Source: Chrysomallon squamiferum
Taxonomy: Eukaryota; Animalia; Mollusca
DNA length: 64,000 nt
Assembly: GCA_012295275.1 (NCBI GenBank)
Contig: CM022669.1
Coordinates: 9,796,001 to 9,860,000 of the forward strand
Reading direction: 5' to 3'
Shown: positions 57,520 through 64,000 of the stretch, in pieces
Layout: the number at the start of each line of letters is the position of its first letter
Numbering within the stretch: position 1 is the stretch's first letter
Made by a program: the position numbers and the translations under genes
The notes under the pieces: generated by a model
Told to the model about the DNA's origin: nothing
Databases searched by the model: none
What the model saw: the letters and a program-made list of their open reading frames with translations, nothing else

Positions 57520-57530
57520 CTTCCTCTTCC
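57520..57530 (+). promoter_or_regulatory. Polypyrimidine initiator (TCT / 5'TOP) of RPS17
   Basis: CTTCCTCTTCC ending 15 nt upstream of an ATG-only first coding exon, typical of metazoan ribosomal protein genes. Confidence 0.75.
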
Positions 57531-57544
57531 GCCAATATTTCAAC

Positions 57545-60714
<3,170 letters not shown>

Positions 60715-62013
60715 ATGTGATTGTAAGGACTTTGTAAGACAGAAAGGAAACAAATCCTGATAAATAAATACTAAAAAAAACAGATTTTCAATTGTTTTTA
60801 CTGTCTGAACCACAAGTTGTTGTTTTGGGTAGGTTTATTTTCTTTAGTAAAATGCCACAAGAGAATTTATTTTACATAACCAGATTTGTTCATTCAGTTC
60901 CTAAAATACCTTACTTGGTCTTATTTTATATACTCACTTATTAACAAAATGTTACACAACATTGATATTACTGACATACAGTTTGAAAACTGCATTTAGC
61001 TTCTATGTTGCAGTTGTTGTCAGACATAAGGGGTTCCGTAGCAGTGTGCACTTTATCGATTTGCAAAAACCGACCATGTCTAGCTGATTACATAAAATAA
61101 AAATCCCTAGTTACAAAATAGACTATTAATTTGTGAATTGTGAACACATTTTGAGTTCTCATCATAACTCACATTATGATCTAATTTATTTACAGAAATG
61201 ATTGGAATATATTTTTTTTTTTTTTATTTTGACCACTAATATTTTATCTAGTATTACACAAGTTACATCCCTTGTAATATAAGTGGTGTGTGTGTGGCTA
61301 TATTGCTATATCAGATAATTAGGTGATGGTGTGGCTGGTAAATATTAACTGTGATGTTGCATGAGAGAAAACACTGTAGATTCAGATTCTTCTAAATGTA
61401 AAACTAAAAATGTTCATTACACAACACCTTGATGCTGCTTTCAAGATTAATTGCTACCAGTTTTGACTTGATAAATCCAATCTCTCAAATGCAGATCATG
61501 AACATGTAATTTTCAATGCACCTAATCAGCTGAAGAGTATCCTGCAAACAACAAGACATTTATTTTAAACTTTGAAAAGTGATGACAGGCACCATCCTGC
61601 TGTGTGTGGAAGAATGCAAAGAAAACTAATAAATATTTATTTATAAGAACCTGATCACGGTTTAAGTGTATCCTATTTCCTGATTAAAATGTTTAAAACT
61701 ATTAATGGAAAATCTAGCCTTGGTAAAAATAATTTTGTAATTATGTGTTTTTATATATTTTTTTTTTTTTTTTGGCATCTGTTACTGGGGCGTGGAAAAC
61801 CTTAAAAACTAACTGTAAACCCATTTCATTTGTTTTTTTATGTGATGCTGATATAAGTAATCCAACATTAATAACGTCACATGATTGTAAACAAATAAAA
61901 TACGACTGTTCTATTAAGAAATTATTTAATTTATAAAAATAATAATAAGAAGAATAAGAATAATCATAATAATAAATGTTCATATAAATTGATCACACTT
62001 TTGGATAATTTTA

Positions 62014-62460
62014 TCACAGTCTCTGGTCACCCCTATCTTGATCATGTCTGGGTCTTTGCCCGAAAGCAAATCCGCCCTTTTTCATACTTTCTGCTATCTG
62101 GCGTTGGGTTCCTCGCTGTTTCCCTTTACCTCTGTAACCACCCTTTACTTCTGGTGGGTGCACAAAATGTCTTTTTGCCTGTTGTTCCATTGCTTTAATA
62201 ATATCTACTTCATCTGGAATGTGCACAAATCTTATCTGTTTTCCTTGAACATAGAAGTCCGTGAATTTGGTTTCTTTTCCTTTCACCGGTTTGAAGATAA
62301 CATTATTCATGGTAAGATTCATATAACCATCACATAAAACAATCGTTCCTACAATTAAGTTTTCATTCCTTAGTTCTACTTGAGTCCTTTTACCTTCCAA
62401 GGCTTTAAGTAAGCAAACCATTGTATTTTTTATTTTAAAATGTTCTCTTGCAGACGTCAT
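62014..62460 (-). CDS. LSM10: U7 snRNA-associated Sm-like protein LSm10, intronless CDS, 148 aa
   Basis: NTMVCLLKALEGKRTQVELRNE...DGYMNLTM (Sm1) and FYVQGKQIRFVHIPDEVDI...EQQ (Sm2) match the LSm10 pattern NSLIILLQGLQG...VDLRDE...DAFMN...FVTGRNVRYVHIPDDVNI...EQQ as recalled. Confidence 0.9.
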   Translation of the reverse strand: MTSAREHFKIKNTMVCLLKALEGKRTQVELRNENLIVGTIVLCDGYMNLTMNNVIFKPVKGKETKFTDFYVQGKQIRFVHIPDEVDIIKAMEQQAKRHFVHPPEVKGGYRGKGKQRGTQRQIAESMKKGGFAFGQRPRHDQDRGDQRL

Positions 62461-63213
62461 TGTTGAGTAGAAGCAGTGTACTAATCGAAATGTGGAAAAT
62501 GATTTCCGGTTATGGTCGGGCTAAAAACCGGACAGTAATTCAGTGACTGTCGCAATGTCAGTAAAGCTTAACGATGATATGATGTTGCATTACAATACAG
62601 TGTACATTCAGAATATGAATAACATAATAATATTATCGTCGATCAAAACGTGAAAATATCTGCAAAAGACATATAATAATAATAATAATAATAATAATTT
62701 AAAACTAATGGTATCAAGTACTAGTGTCCAAACTAATTATTTTTTTTTTTTTCTAAAATTTCTGGTAAAGAATTTATTTATTTAGTTTTAGTTTTAGTTT
62801 TAGTTATTTAAAATGCATTACATAACTTGTTATTAAATCGAACATCGCATTTGTCTGAAATTTAATTTCGGCACTCTTGCGACTCGCAGAATAGTTTCCA
62901 AACAGCCGTTCCCTGTGGACAACAGTCTGCGAAATGTCTAGAGGTTGTCTGTCTATTTCACACTTGCAATCAAAACTGACAGGCCATGTCTGTGAAGGCC
63001 GCTCTTGCCTTTGTCTCGGGATCTTTCGTGCCGACTGCATCGATACCCACATTATTAAATATAGCTCCATTATTTACACTTGGTCAAGGTTTTGATAGCG
63101 AAATTTCTTTTTCTCAAACTGTTAGAACTGTTCTGTCTGGTGGCTAAGTGACTGTTTATCGTCTGCTGCGTTTTAAGAAGTGTAACAGCTGATGTTTATG
63201 GCTATGAATTTGT

Positions 63214-63410
63214 AGCATAAGTAGTAGAAGTGGTGAAAGTAGTAGCAATAGTGTCAGCAGCAGTAATAGTAGTAGTAGTAGTAATAGTAGTAGTAGTAAT
63301 AGCTGTAGTAGTAGTAGCTGTAGTAGTAGTAGTAGTACCAACACTAGTCATAGCAGCAGCAGCAATAGGAGTAGTAGTAATAGGATAGGATAGGATAGGA
63401 TAGGATAGGA
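63214..63410. repeat. (AGT)n/(AGC)n low-complexity tract followed by (ATAGG)n
   Basis: Direct reading. Confidence 0.9.
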
Positions 63411-64000
63411 AAAAATTAACGTGCTAATCAGAGCAAGCTGTTGTGAAGCACGTCTGCGACGGGCACGCTTTCTGACAGGTCAGCGGGCGTGTCCGTCGCA
63501 GAAAAGAGTTTTGGGTAGGGAAAAGAATGGTAGTAGTAATAGCAAATATTTTATTTTATAGTAATTAACGAAATTCTGGTTAACTTCGCTCTTGTGGACA
63601 AGAAGCTGAGAAGCAACATGTTACATAAGATGACATATGACTACAAGGAATATATTAGTATATTTAACGGGAGACGATCCCATTGCCTACCAGTCCTTAA
63701 ATATCTTGATGGCTGAATTCATTAACACAATTATCATTCCATAGTCTGTTGTATTATTATTATTATTATCATCATCATCACTACCATCATCATAATCATC
63801 ATCGTTATGATTGTTGTTGTCGATGATTCTTACAATAATATATTTATTTTATTATATCTTCTAATGCGCAGTGTTTATTTACTTATTCATTTAGTGATAG
63901 TCTGACGAGTGTAAAATCACGGTTAGTCACTAATACAGTTAATTTTATTTTATTTTATTATTATAGCAAAAATTGTGCTGCTGAGAGAGAGAGAGAGAGA

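Noticed and set aside
60905-61560. Minus-strand acceptor (about 61542) and donor (about 60914) suggesting an extra exon downstream of LSM10
   Set aside because: No ORF or matching upstream donor, and such motifs arise by chance in AT-rich DNA.
62804-63070. 88-aa minus-strand ORF upstream of LSM10
   Set aside because: No recognisable domain or splice structure; more likely regulatory CpG-rich DNA.

Overview
Eukaryotic (animal) genomic DNA: very AT-rich, dense in microsatellites, with spliceosomal introns. The look is invertebrate and probably lophotrochozoan/mollusc-like, which is an inference from composition and protein similarity. Most ORFs in the supplied track are microsatellite artefacts. 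Manual exon assembly gives, left to right: possible 5' exons of a minus-strand gene leaving the window; a divergent rhodopsin-class 7TM receptor broken by two -1 frameshifts (12174-13068, minus); a 24-exon AP-3 complex beta subunit gene (21630-36360, minus) head-to-head with SCAMP (37290-48774, plus); a CPYC glutaredoxin (minus); a MULE transposase remnant; RPS17 (plus) with a well-formed intronic H/ACA snoRNA; and intronless LSM10 (minus). The most interesting signals are in SCAMP: a pair of mutually exclusive exons for the last transmembrane segment, a hairpin masking a decoy acceptor in front of them, a CpG-retaining intronic island that may be an internal promoter for an NPF-less (SCAMP4/5-like) isoform, and a competing poison donor. 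Also notable are the snoRNA with a predicted LSU rRNA target and apparent ancient AP3B-SCAMP/RPS17 microsynteny. No prokaryote-type systems (CRISPR, operons) and no tRNA or rRNA genes were seen.
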